Position numbers and translations under genes: made by a program. A stretch of DNA of 38,365 nt from a virus (lineage: Duplodnaviria > Heunggongvirae > Uroviricota > Caudoviricetes): IMG/VR virus record IMGVR_UViG_2778261245_000001, positions 1 to 38,365 of that record; one strand, given 5' to 3'. A model generated the notes under the pieces. The model saw only the letters and a program-made list of their open reading frames with translations. It was not told the origin of the DNA and searched no databases. How positions within the stretch are numbered: position 1 is the first letter of the stretch; each line of letters begins with the position of its first letter. Shown here piece after piece: positions 1 through 7,171 of this stretch.

Positions 1-336
1 TTACGCAGCTCGTTGCTGCGTCCGGTGCTGACTGTGTGCCGGGAAAGCGACGGCGTAATCAACAACAGCCTGTTCAGTTGCCTCATCGGTACGGTTCTTA
101 AGGTTAGGAGCGCGGCGACTACGATTAATCAGCGCATCCACACCACCTTCATCGACCAGTTCGCGGTAACGATAAAACGTATCACGCGAAACGCCCATGA
201 TTTTACAGGCTTTTGATACGTTGCTGAGTTCTTCAGCCAGATTGAGCAAACCGGTTTTGTGTTTGATAACGGGATTGGTAGTATGAAGCATGAGAGTTAC
301 CTCGTGTTTTGTATAAGGATTCGACACCCATATCAA
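1..336 (-). mobile_element. Truncated IS-type transposase N-terminal HTH fragment (111 codons, stop codon at 1-3)
   Basis: Translation has an HTH-rich N-terminus of the kind found in IS481/IS3-type transposases (GVSRDTFYRYRELVDEGGVDAL) but terminates after 111 aa with no catalytic domain; family assignment is from memory. Confidence 0.4.
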
Positions 337-402
337 AACCGGTAACTCTCAACCTTTCAAGGCTCAGTGTCAGATCAAGTCGCGACTAATACATGTAAAT
401 AT

Positions 403-1533
403 TCATATTGTTAAAGTTACCCAATTTTTTCCGCGGAGATCGTTATAACGATCAGTTTGTTGCTGGGTTTTATGTCCCAGCAATTTCTGAGTATCTATTC
501 CCTGTTCTTTGTATAGCCTTTCTGACAATGAACGTTGCTCATGAAAGGTTGCTGGGGTTCCTTCACCCCAATCAATTTCAGCCAGATCCCTTGCTTTGCT
601 AAAATTCATAGTCAGAGTATTAGCTTTTACTTGTGCCCCACGTTCTGCCTGTGAAGTTGATCTGAAAAAATGTACTAAGTATGGACTATCTACATAGTCA
701 CGGCAGCGAGCTACAACATCGCGCAGGCTCCAGTTGATTACATTCAAACGAAGAGAAAGAGGAATGGCTATTTTGCTGCCGGTTTTTTCCTGTTCGATAT
801 GCAGATGATCATCCCAGATATCGCTGAATTTCATTTTGGATATATCTCCCAAACGTTGGCCAGTAACCAGCGCTAACAGCATGGCATTTCCCATGTAACG
901 ATGAGTGGAGTCTGCGATATCAAAAATTTTTTGCCATTCTTCCAGGCTGAGGCGTTGACGGGTGATTTTCCTTCTGGGTTGCTTCGTCGCAAGAGCAGGG
1001 TTATACCCTGGTGGAACTTCGCCATAATGCTGTGCTTCCTTAAACACATCGATTAATACAGACCTTACGACTTGGGCCATTCTAGGCTGTCCAGCTGTAA
1101 TATACTCATCAAGCAATTGTGCTATATCTCTGACATCAACGGATGAGATCAACTTCATTCCTGCTCGTTCTCTGAGCAAGGATACTGGTTTGGCTTTTTG
1201 CTTATAGGTATTGAGTCTTATATCACCACTTTTGAGCCTATCATCCTGGATCGCTTGATAGCGATCTAACCAGGTTGACGTTGTGATCGCTTTTCCTTTG
1301 CAGGTTGCGATCCTGTCACTGATAGCCAGAATCTGTCGGGTTCTTTGTTCAGCCAGGCGTGTATTGGCTTCAGTGGCAATAGCGATGGCTTCAGCTTCGT
1401 TAGTTCCCAACGCATGAAATTTCCCTGTTACTGGATGCTTATACCGCCAATAGACTTTATTTACCTTCCTACTATAAAGCGGATATAAGTTAGGTACTGA
1501 AACATTATTCTTACGCGGTCTGGCTGCCATCAC
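403..1533 (-). CDS. int: Lambda-family tyrosine integrase
   Basis: 376 aa; C-terminal catalytic region ending FHEQRSLSERLY...LLGHK...YNDLRG closely parallels the lambda Int C-terminus (FHELRSLSARLY...LLGHK...YRDDRG); followed by excisionase as in lambda. Confidence 0.9.
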   Translation of the reverse strand: MMAARPRKNNVSVPNLYPLYSRKVNKVYWRYKHPVTGKFHALGTNEAEAIAIATEANTRLAEQRTRQILAISDRIATCKGKAITTSTWLDRYQAIQDDRLKSGDIRLNTYKQKAKPVSLLRERAGMKLISSVDVRDIAQLLDEYITAGQPRMAQVVRSVLIDVFKEAQHYGEVPPGYNPALATKQPRRKITRQRLSLEEWQKIFDIADSTHRYMGNAMLLALVTGQRLGDISKMKFSDIWDDHLHIEQEKTGSKIAIPLSLRLNVINWSLRDVVARCRDYVDSPYLVHFFRSTSQAERGAQVKANTLTMNFSKARDLAEIDWGEGTPATFHEQRSLSERLYKEQGIDTQKLLGHKTQQQTDRYNDLRGKNWVTLTI

Positions 1534-1756
1534 TCAAGATCCGTTGCAAAAGTAATGAGTCATTTTTCTTGATTACTGGTGTTACCAACTCCCCAACTAA
1601 CTCAGCGTCCTCACGCACTCGCCATAACCGACCTTGTTTCATGGCCGGTGGGCAAAATAAATTCTGCTTAGCATAACGACGCAATGTGGACACACTTGGA
1701 GGATTACTTCTGTATTTTTCAGAGGCCCATTCTTCAAGAGTTAACATTTGAAGCAT
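1511..1756 (-). CDS. xis: Excisionase (Xis-like DNA-binding protein)
   Basis: 81 aa ORF immediately upstream of and overlapping int start by 23 nt; small basic winged-helix-like sequence; position as lambda xis. Confidence 0.7.
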   Translation of the reverse strand: MLQMLTLEEWASEKYRSNPPSVSTLRRYAKQNLFCPPAMKQGRLWRVREDAELVGELVTPVIKKNDSLLLQRILSDGSQTA

Positions 1757-1918
1757 ATGCGATCACCTTGTTACTTCACTAACTGTTCAGTCTCTGCATA
1801 TCGACCCTGCAAGGTCGGTTAGTTTCTCCACAAAACAGAGAAGAGCACCTGTGGCCACAACTATCAGGATGGATCGGGTTATGACCCCGTCATCCGGGGA
1901 TACTCTTCTCTGTTTTGT

Positions 1919-1965
1919 AAAAAGGGCGGTACCAGCCGGAAGCAAGGGTACAAGCTGGTACCGCC
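1919..1965 (-). terminator. Rho-independent terminator for leftward transcription, upstream of xis
   Basis: Perfect 12-bp GC-rich stem GGCGGTACCAGC / GCTGGTACCGCC (1925-1936 / 1954-1965), 17-nt loop, followed on the minus strand by CTTTTT. Confidence 0.55.
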
Positions 1966-2249
1966 AAGACTACACACAGCATAAAGTTGTGGTGCCGGGT
2001 GCCTCCCGGTGCCTGGCGAAGGTTGCACACCAGGCGGGTGGGTATCCACAGAAGGTCGACTGTCAGCCTCAACCTTAACCCGCGTGCGCTGAGCCGCATT
2101 CACCACAACGCTAAGGATTCTCTCTGGTTGAAAATACTTAGCTGTTATGTGCCTGCTTTTAGCCACATCAGGCGAGGTGGACCTGGTTATTCCCCAACAA
2201 CAAGGATTCGGTTAATCTGGTTATCCCCAACAACGCAAAAGGAAAAGAA

Positions 2250-2684
2250 ATGTCCGGTAATATCTATACGCTGTACAAATCCCACTGTGAAAATGTTGGA
2301 AAGTATCGGGGCATTGAAATCAGTGGGGTAGTGTCATCAGTCGAAATAAGCAAAGTTGAATCAAGGGCAACATTACTAACTCTTCTGGACCTTGTGTTAC
2401 ATGAGCACCGGAAGAAATTCGGCACTCCCTATAATCAGTTGAATGGGAAAAAGGCTCTGGTTCACCTTATTCTGATGAAGCATCACTGGATGCCAAAACA
2501 GATTAATGAGATGAAATTTGATGAACTTCTTCTTTCAATTCAGGATGAACTCACACTTGATAAAATAAGCGTAACCGCCCAGAAATTTTTAGATTATCGA
2601 GACTGGAGATCACAAATTCATCACTTTGATGATTTTGACGAAAATGAATGGGATCCTAATTTGTCTGCACAATATCTAAAGTAA
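2250..2684 (+). CDS. Hypothetical protein, 144 aa (accessory gene between xis and cI)
   Basis: ORF with AGGA-type RBS about 8 nt upstream of ATG; preceded by two direct repeats; no family recognised. Confidence 0.55.
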   Translation: MSGNIYTLYKSHCENVGKYRGIEISGVVSSVEISKVESRATLLTLLDLVLHEHRKKFGTPYNQLNGKKALVHLILMKHHWMPKQINEMKFDELLLSIQDELTLDKISVTAQKFLDYRDWRSQIHHFDDFDENEWDPNLSAQYLK

Positions 2685-2862
2685 CATCCTGTGATAAAAC
2701 CGTGATTTCCTGATCCAGTTTTTTTAAGGAGTCTATTGTTTCCTGTCGATAAGACAGCACTTCACGAAGCTGGTTTATAGCTGCCAGCTTCTTTGTCATC
2801 CACTCATAAATTTCCTCATCTGTGTAGTCAGGCGCGACGATTTTGGGTTCTGTTTTGTGCAT
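2656..2862 (-). CDS. Hypothetical small protein, 68 aa (convergent with 2250-2684, 3-prime ends overlap)
   Basis: ATG at 2862 preceded by a strong GAGGAGG Shine-Dalgarno about 7 nt upstream; ORF track lists a TTG-extended version to 2877. Confidence 0.5.
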   Translation of the reverse strand: MHKTEPKIVAPDYTDEEIYEWMTKKLAAINQLREVLSYRQETIDSLKKLDQEITVLSQDVTLDIVQTN

Positions 2863-2921
2863 TTCACACCTCCTCAAGTTATCAGTTACTTGTTGATGGG
2901 GACCAGATTGTTAAAGAGCTA

Positions 2922-2947
2922 AGCGTCCTGTAGGGCGCTTTTTTGTT
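2922..2947 (+). terminator. Rho-independent terminator, plus strand
   Basis: Stem AGCGTCC / GGGCGCT (one G-U pair), loop TGTA, followed by TTTTTTGTTG. Confidence 0.45.
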
Positions 2948-3061
2948 GCTAACGAATCATCCTGGACTTCATATGCCCCAGGCGGCTACTTCGTGGGCGT
3001 CCTGCCTGTTTGTTGTTTTTCTTGGGTACATTATGTATCTCAAAGGTACATTGTCAAGTAT

Positions 3062-3083
3062 AAAAAAACCTGCCGAAGCAGGT
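3062..3083 (-). terminator. Rho-independent terminator immediately downstream of the CI repressor gene
   Basis: Hairpin ACCTGC-CGAA-GCAGGT (3068-3083) preceded on plus strand by A7, i.e. T7 after the hairpin on the minus strand; 14 nt after the cI stop. Confidence 0.7.
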
Positions 3084-3096
3084 TCATAAACATTGA

Positions 3097-3771
3097 TTAG
3101 GCTTTGATTTTGTATCTTCTTGGTTTTCCTGAGAAAATCACAGTACCAATTATAGAGCAATTACCGTTGATCTTAATGTAAGGCTCAGGCCAGTTTGGGT
3201 TTAACGCTTTGAGATAACGCTGTGTCCCATCTTCTATCAACCTTTTGAAGGTGGTTTCACCTGTATCGTGCATCAATGCAATAACGTCGTCACCGTGGCA
3301 GGCAGGTACTTCAGGATCGACAAAAATCATGTCTCCCGGGCGGTACTCATCAATCATTGAATCACCTATCACCCGCAAGATATAAGTCATTTCCCCACAG
3401 GGTACAGGGCAGGGATACGTTTCTGCTGTGCTCAAATCAACCTCAGAATATCCAACTTCTTTCCATGCTCCGGCCTGTACCCATGATATGACAGGGACTA
3501 ATGTGATTTGTTTATTAGTGATTGAAACATCAGGTTTTTTTGTGATGTTCGTTGTCTGGTGTTCTTGATCGAGCCATCCGACAGGCAGGTCGAAACATTT
3601 TTCGATGTGTCGTGCCATGCTGTCACCGATATTTTTAGTAGCACCATCTCCCATAAACCTGCTGGTTTGGGTTGGCTCGCGATCAATCATAGTGGCAAAG
3701 GAAGAATTCCCGCCAACACCATCTCTCAGTTTTCTGGCGTTAGACCGCCGGATGTCATGGATTGTTTTCAT
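3097..3771 (-). CDS. CI-type prophage repressor (N-terminal HTH plus C-terminal S24 LexA-like peptidase domain)
   Basis: 224 aa; C-terminal ...YILRVIGDSMIDEYRPGDMIFVDP... is the S24 autocleavage domain signature; divergent from a cro-like gene; same length as e14 CohE. Confidence 0.9.
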   Translation of the reverse strand: MKTIHDIRRSNARKLRDGVGGNSSFATMIDREPTQTSRFMGDGATKNIGDSMARHIEKCFDLPVGWLDQEHQTTNITKKPDVSITNKQITLVPVISWVQAGAWKEVGYSEVDLSTAETYPCPVPCGEMTYILRVIGDSMIDEYRPGDMIFVDPEVPACHGDDVIALMHDTGETTFKRLIEDGTQRYLKALNPNWPEPYIKINGNCSIIGTVIFSGKPRRYKIKA

Positions 3772-3786
3772 AACGAAATTAAAACC

Positions 3787-3807
3787 CTTGTACCGTTAAG
3801 GTACAAG
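3787..3807. promoter_or_regulatory. Candidate operator: 21-bp palindrome CTTGTACC-GTTAA-GGTACAAG in the cI-cro divergent intergenic region
   Basis: Perfect 8-bp inverted arms; an isolated GGTACA half-site recurs at about 3850-3855 next to the cro RBS; putative -35 TTGAAG (3812-3817) and -10 TAATAT (3834-3839) for cro lie between. Confidence 0.45.
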
Positions 3808-3861
3808 TATCTTGAAGGTTCATTTTAATCATGTAATATGTATATTGGAGGTACATATTGT

Positions 3862-4062
3862 ATGAAAGCGTATTGGGACTCTTTAACCAAAGAACAGCAG
3901 GGCGAGTTGGCCGGAAAAGTTGGCTCAACACCTGGCTACTTACGGCTGGTTTTCAATGGCTATAAAAAAGCCAGTTTTGTGCTGGCTAAAAAACTTGAGC
4001 AATGCACGTCAGGTGCAATTACGAAATCTGACTTAAGACCGGATATCTATCCGAAAGATTAG
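3862..4062 (+). CDS. Cro-like small HTH regulator
   Basis: 66 aa from ATG 3862 with GGAGG RBS at about 3847-3851; divergent from cI; ORF track lists a longer version from 3838. Confidence 0.7.
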   Translation: MKAYWDSLTKEQQGELAGKVGSTPGYLRLVFNGYKKASFVLAKKLEQCTSGAITKSDLRPDIYPKD

Positions 4063-4093
4063 CAGAACACTTTCAATTTTTAACCACAGAACG

Positions 4094-4663
4094 ATGAGGC
4101 TAATCGTGGGTAAGCATCACTGGAAAATAGAAAAACAGCCTGAGTGGTACATGAAAGCTGTCAGAAAAACTATCGCGGCGTTGCCGGGTGGTTACGCTGA
4201 AGCCGCTGACTGGCTGGATGTAACAGAGAACGCTTTATTCAACCGCCTTCGTGCAGATGGCGATCAGATTTTTCCGCTGGGATGGGCAATGGTTTTACAG
4301 CGTGCTGGTGGCACTCACTTCATTGCTGATGCTGTGGCGCAGTCTGCAAATGGCGTATTTGTGTCTCTTCCTGACGTCGAGGATGTGGACAACGCCGATA
4401 TTAACCAGCGTCTGCTGGAAGTCATTGAACAGATCGGCAGTTATTCAAAACAGATTCGTTCAGCAATCGAAGACGGTGTAGTGGAACCGCATGAGAAGAC
4501 AGCAATTAACGACGAGCTGTATCTCTCAATTTCGAAGCTGCAGGAGCATGCAGCACTGGTCTACAAAATCTTTTGCATTTCAGAAAGTAATGACGCCCGC
4601 GAGTGTGCAGCTCCGGGCGTCGTGGCGTCGATTGCTTCTGGTTGTGGAGAAACTAACGCATGA
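4094..4663 (+). CDS. YdaT/YmfL-like early regulatory protein (CII-position gene)
   Basis: 189 aa ORF directly downstream of cro; size and position match e14 ymfL and Rac ydaT; start may be the internal ATG at 4151. Confidence 0.5.
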   Translation: MRLIVGKHHWKIEKQPEWYMKAVRKTIAALPGGYAEAADWLDVTENALFNRLRADGDQIFPLGWAMVLQRAGGTHFIADAVAQSANGVFVSLPDVEDVDNADINQRLLEVIEQIGSYSKQIRSAIEDGVVEPHEKTAINDELYLSISKLQEHAALVYKIFCISESNDARECAAPGVVASIASGCGETNA

Positions 4664-4998
4664 ACAGTTTAACAACACACTACCGTCGCTCGCAACTGAT
4701 TGCGCTTCCTGTACCGGGTGGAAAAGCGAAGGTGGAATATTGCTATGCAGTGAATGTACCAGGTGACAGGGAAATTGTAACCCACAGCTTTGCAGAGTGG
4801 GCTGTGGGTGATTTCAACCGGCAGAAGGAGACAGTCCTTTGCGACAAGTTAACCGCTGGTTCAAAGATCACTACGGAGTGCCCGTCAGAGTTATTCGTTG
4901 GGAGCCGGAAACACAACGGGTTATCTACCTCCGTGAAGGCTATGAGCATGAGTGCTTCAGCCCGCTCGAACAGTTTCGTCGTAAATTCAGGGAAATAG
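4660..4998 (+). CDS. Hypothetical protein, 112 aa (YmfM-position gene)
   Basis: ORF overlapping previous stop (ATGA-type coupling); same length and position as e14 ymfM; no family recognised. Confidence 0.45.
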   Translation: MNSLTTHYRRSQLIALPVPGGKAKVEYCYAVNVPGDREIVTHSFAEWAVGDFNRQKETVLCDKLTAGSKITTECPSELFVGSRKHNGLSTSVKAMSMSASARSNSFVVNSGK

Positions 4999-5007
4999 AG
5001 GTCGGTC

Positions 5008-5949
5008 ATGAGCACTAAATTAACCGGCTATGTATGGGATGGTTGCGCTGCGTCAGGCATGAAATTATCCAGCGTGGCAATTATGGCCCGCCTGGCTGAT
5101 TTCAGTAATGACGAAGGTGTGTGCTGGCCATCAATTGAAACCATTGCCCGTCAGATTGGCGCGGGGATGAGTACCGTCAGAACGGCTATCGCACGGCTGG
5201 AAGCAGAAGGCTGGTTAACGCGTAAGGCGCGTCGCCAGGGTAACCGCAATGCGTCGAATGTTTATCAGCTTAACGTTGCGAAGCTTCAGGCAGCGGCATT
5301 TTCTCAACTGTCAGATTCTGACCCGTCAAAATCTGACGCATCAAAATCTGACCCGTCAAAATTTGATGCGTCGAAATCTGGCAAAAAAGCGGGTTTTCAC
5401 CCGTCAGAATCTGGCGGGGATCCGTCAGTAAAATCAAAACATGATCCGTCAGATAAAAAACCTTCTCGTCCGGACGCTTCGCAACCGGACACGCAGACGG
5501 CTGAACAGGATTTTTTAACTCGCCATCCTGATGCGGTTGTATTCAGCCCTAAAAAGCGCCAGTGGGGGACGCAGGATGATTTGACCTGCGCACAGTGGCT
5601 CTGGAAAAAAATCATCGCCCTGTACGAGCAGGCTGCCGAATGTGACGGCGAGGTGGTTCGTCCCAAAGAACCGAACTGGACAGCCTGGGCAAACGAAATT
5701 CGCCTGATGTGTGTACAGGATGGGCGTACTCACAAACAAATCTGCGAGATGTACAGCCGCGTCAGCCGCGATCCGTTCTGGTGCCGTAACGTGCTCAGCC
5801 CGTCGAAGCTGCGGGAAAAATGGGATGAGCTTTCCCTGCGCTTATCGCCGTCCGTCAGCACGTACACCGAAAAACGCGAGGACCCGTACTTCAAAGCCAG
5901 TTACGACAACGTGGACTACAGCCAGATCCCGGCAGGATTCAGAGGGTGA
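5008..5949 (+). CDS. Phage replication initiator (lambda O-like: N-terminal HTH, internal iteron-encoded repeat region, C-terminal domain)
   Basis: 313 aa; N-terminal winged-helix-like segment; central low-complexity DPSKSD repeats encoded by DNA iterons; position after cro/cII-like genes. Confidence 0.7.
   Translation: MSTKLTGYVWDGCAASGMKLSSVAIMARLADFSNDEGVCWPSIETIARQIGAGMSTVRTAIARLEAEGWLTRKARRQGNRNASNVYQLNVAKLQAAAFSQLSDSDPSKSDASKSDPSKFDASKSGKKAGFHPSESGGDPSVKSKHDPSDKKPSRPDASQPDTQTAEQDFLTRHPDAVVFSPKKRQWGTQDDLTCAQWLWKKIIALYEQAAECDGEVVRPKEPNWTAWANEIRLMCVQDGRTHKQICEMYSRVSRDPFWCRNVLSPSKLREKWDELSLRLSPSVSTYTEKREDPYFKASYDNVDYSQIPAGFRG
5311..5455. repeat. Iteron array (candidate replication origin) inside the replication-initiator gene
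   Basis: At least 7 tandem copies of a 12-15 bp unit resembling CCGTCA(A/G)AATCTGA, e.g. gacccgtcaaaatctgacgcatcaaaatctgacccgtcaaaatttgatgcgtcgaaatctgg. Confidence 0.55.
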
Positions 5950-6440
5950 TCATGAGTCTGTTAAATGACGTTCAGAAATTCATTGAAGCCCATCCGGGGT
6001 GTACTTCCGGAGACATTGCGGATGCTTTTGCAGGTTACTCACGGCAGCGCGTTCTGCAGTCTGCAAGCAAGTTACGTCAGAGTGGGCGTGTGGCTCACCG
6101 TTGTGAAGGAGATACACGCAGACATTTCCCGCGCCTGACTGAGAGAGCGCAGGAACCGGAACCACAACCAGTTCGAGAAACCAGACCTGTGCGCAATTTC
6201 TATGTCGGCACTAACGATCCACGGGTGATTTTGTGCCTGACCCGCCAGGCTGAAGAACTGGAGTCCAGGGGCTTATACCGTCGTGCTGCAACCGTGTGGA
6301 TGGCGGCATTCCGTGAAAGCCACTCCCAGCCAGAACGAAACAATTTTCTGGCGCGTCGTGAGCTGTGTTTACGTAAAAGCAGCAAGCGCGCTGTATCGAG
6401 TGATGAGTGGTATCTGTCAGGGAATTACGTGGGGGCGTAA
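5946..6440 (+). CDS. Hypothetical protein with C-terminal PerC/Pch-like regulator motif
   Basis: 164 aa; C-terminal LESRGLYRRAATVW...ARRELC resembles the PerC/Pch family signature (recalled, not searched); N-terminal part looks winged-helix-like. Confidence 0.4.
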   Translation: MIMSLLNDVQKFIEAHPGCTSGDIADAFAGYSRQRVLQSASKLRQSGRVAHRCEGDTRRHFPRLTERAQEPEPQPVRETRPVRNFYVGTNDPRVILCLTRQAEELESRGLYRRAATVWMAAFRESHSQPERNNFLARRELCLRKSSKRAVSSDEWYLSGNYVGA

Positions 6441-6766
6441 TGACGACGTTAACTCAATGCCAGCAGCAGGTGCTGGATATGCTGATTTCTTATCAGAAAG
6501 AGCGTGGCTTTCCGCCAACCAATCAGGAGGTGGCAACCATGCTGGGATACCGTTCAGTGAATGCAGCGGTAGAGCATCTTCGCGCACTGGAGAAAAAAGG
6601 CGTCATCACGATAAAGCGTGGCGTGGCCCGGGGGATAACGCTTCATACCGCGGTGAAGGACGACGACAGCGAGGCGGTCGGGATTATCCGCGCACTGCTT
6701 GCCGGTGAGGAAAACGCAAGGCTGCGTGCAACCCACTGGTTACATGAGAGGGGCCTGAAAGTATGA
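6440..6766 (+). CDS. LexA N-terminal DNA-binding-domain-like protein lacking the S24 peptidase domain
   Basis: 108 aa from ATG 6440 (TAATG overlap with upstream gene); residues TLTQCQQQVLDMLISYQKERGFPPTNQEVATMLGYRSVNAAVEHLRALEKKGVITI align closely with the LexA N-terminal winged HTH; no Ser/Lys peptidase region. Confidence 0.65.
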   Translation: MTTLTQCQQQVLDMLISYQKERGFPPTNQEVATMLGYRSVNAAVEHLRALEKKGVITIKRGVARGITLHTAVKDDDSEAVGIIRALLAGEENARLRATHWLHERGLKV

Positions 6767-7152
6767 AGCTGATCCTGCCTTTTCCGCCCAGCGTGAACAC
6801 GTACTGGCGACACCCCAACAAAGGGGCGTTTGCTGGTAAGAGCCTGATAAGCGCGGCGGGGCGAAAATTCCAGAGCGCAGCGTGCGCAGCAATAGTTGAG
6901 CAGTTACGTCGTCTGCCGAAACCAACGTCGGCACCTGCTTCAGTGGAGATCGTGTTGTTTCCTCCGGATAACCGGATCCGCGATCTGGACAACTATAACA
7001 AGGCGCTGTTTGACGCCCTGACCCACGCGGGTGTGTGGGAAGACGACAGCCAAGTGAAAAGAATGTTGGTGGAGTGGGGACCGGTTATCCCGGAAGGGAA
7101 GGTCGAGATCACTATCAGTAAGTACGAGAAACCGGCGGGTGCAGCCGCCTGA
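6763..7152 (+). CDS. rusA: RusA-family Holliday junction resolvase
   Basis: 129 aa; motifs PPSVNTYWRH and RDLDNYNKALFDALTHAGVWEDDSQV match RusA ([36 protein letters not shown]). Confidence 0.85.
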   Translation: MKLILPFPPSVNTYWRHPNKGAFAGKSLISAAGRKFQSAACAAIVEQLRRLPKPTSAPASVEIVLFPPDNRIRDLDNYNKALFDALTHAGVWEDDSQVKRMLVEWGPVIPEGKVEITISKYEKPAGAAA

Positions 7153-7171
7153 TTAAGAGGAGAAACGAAGT

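Noticed and set aside
337-402. Interval between the transposase-like ORF and int, examined as a possible attL
   Set aside because: Only an 8-nt chance match (ATATGGGT) to the right junction; no convincing core repeat, so the left attachment junction is probably outside the window.
1851-2331. Four overlapping ORF-track ORFs (1851-2078 +, 1879-2166 -, 1890-2099 -, 1987-2331 +)
   Set aside because: They overlap one another in several frames across a region dominated by long perfect inverted repeats and a terminator, and lack convincing RBS/start contexts; more likely structured non-coding DNA.
5249-5431. Tandem repeats that could be mistaken for a CRISPR-like array, and an alternative-frame ORF over them
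   Set aside because: Repeat units are short (12-15 bp), imperfect, have no unique spacers and lie inside a replication-initiator coding frame; they are origin iterons.
6283-6708. 141-aa plus-strand ORF overlapping the PerC-like and LexA-like genes
   Set aside because: Alternative frame across two better-supported genes that have coupled start/stop signals.
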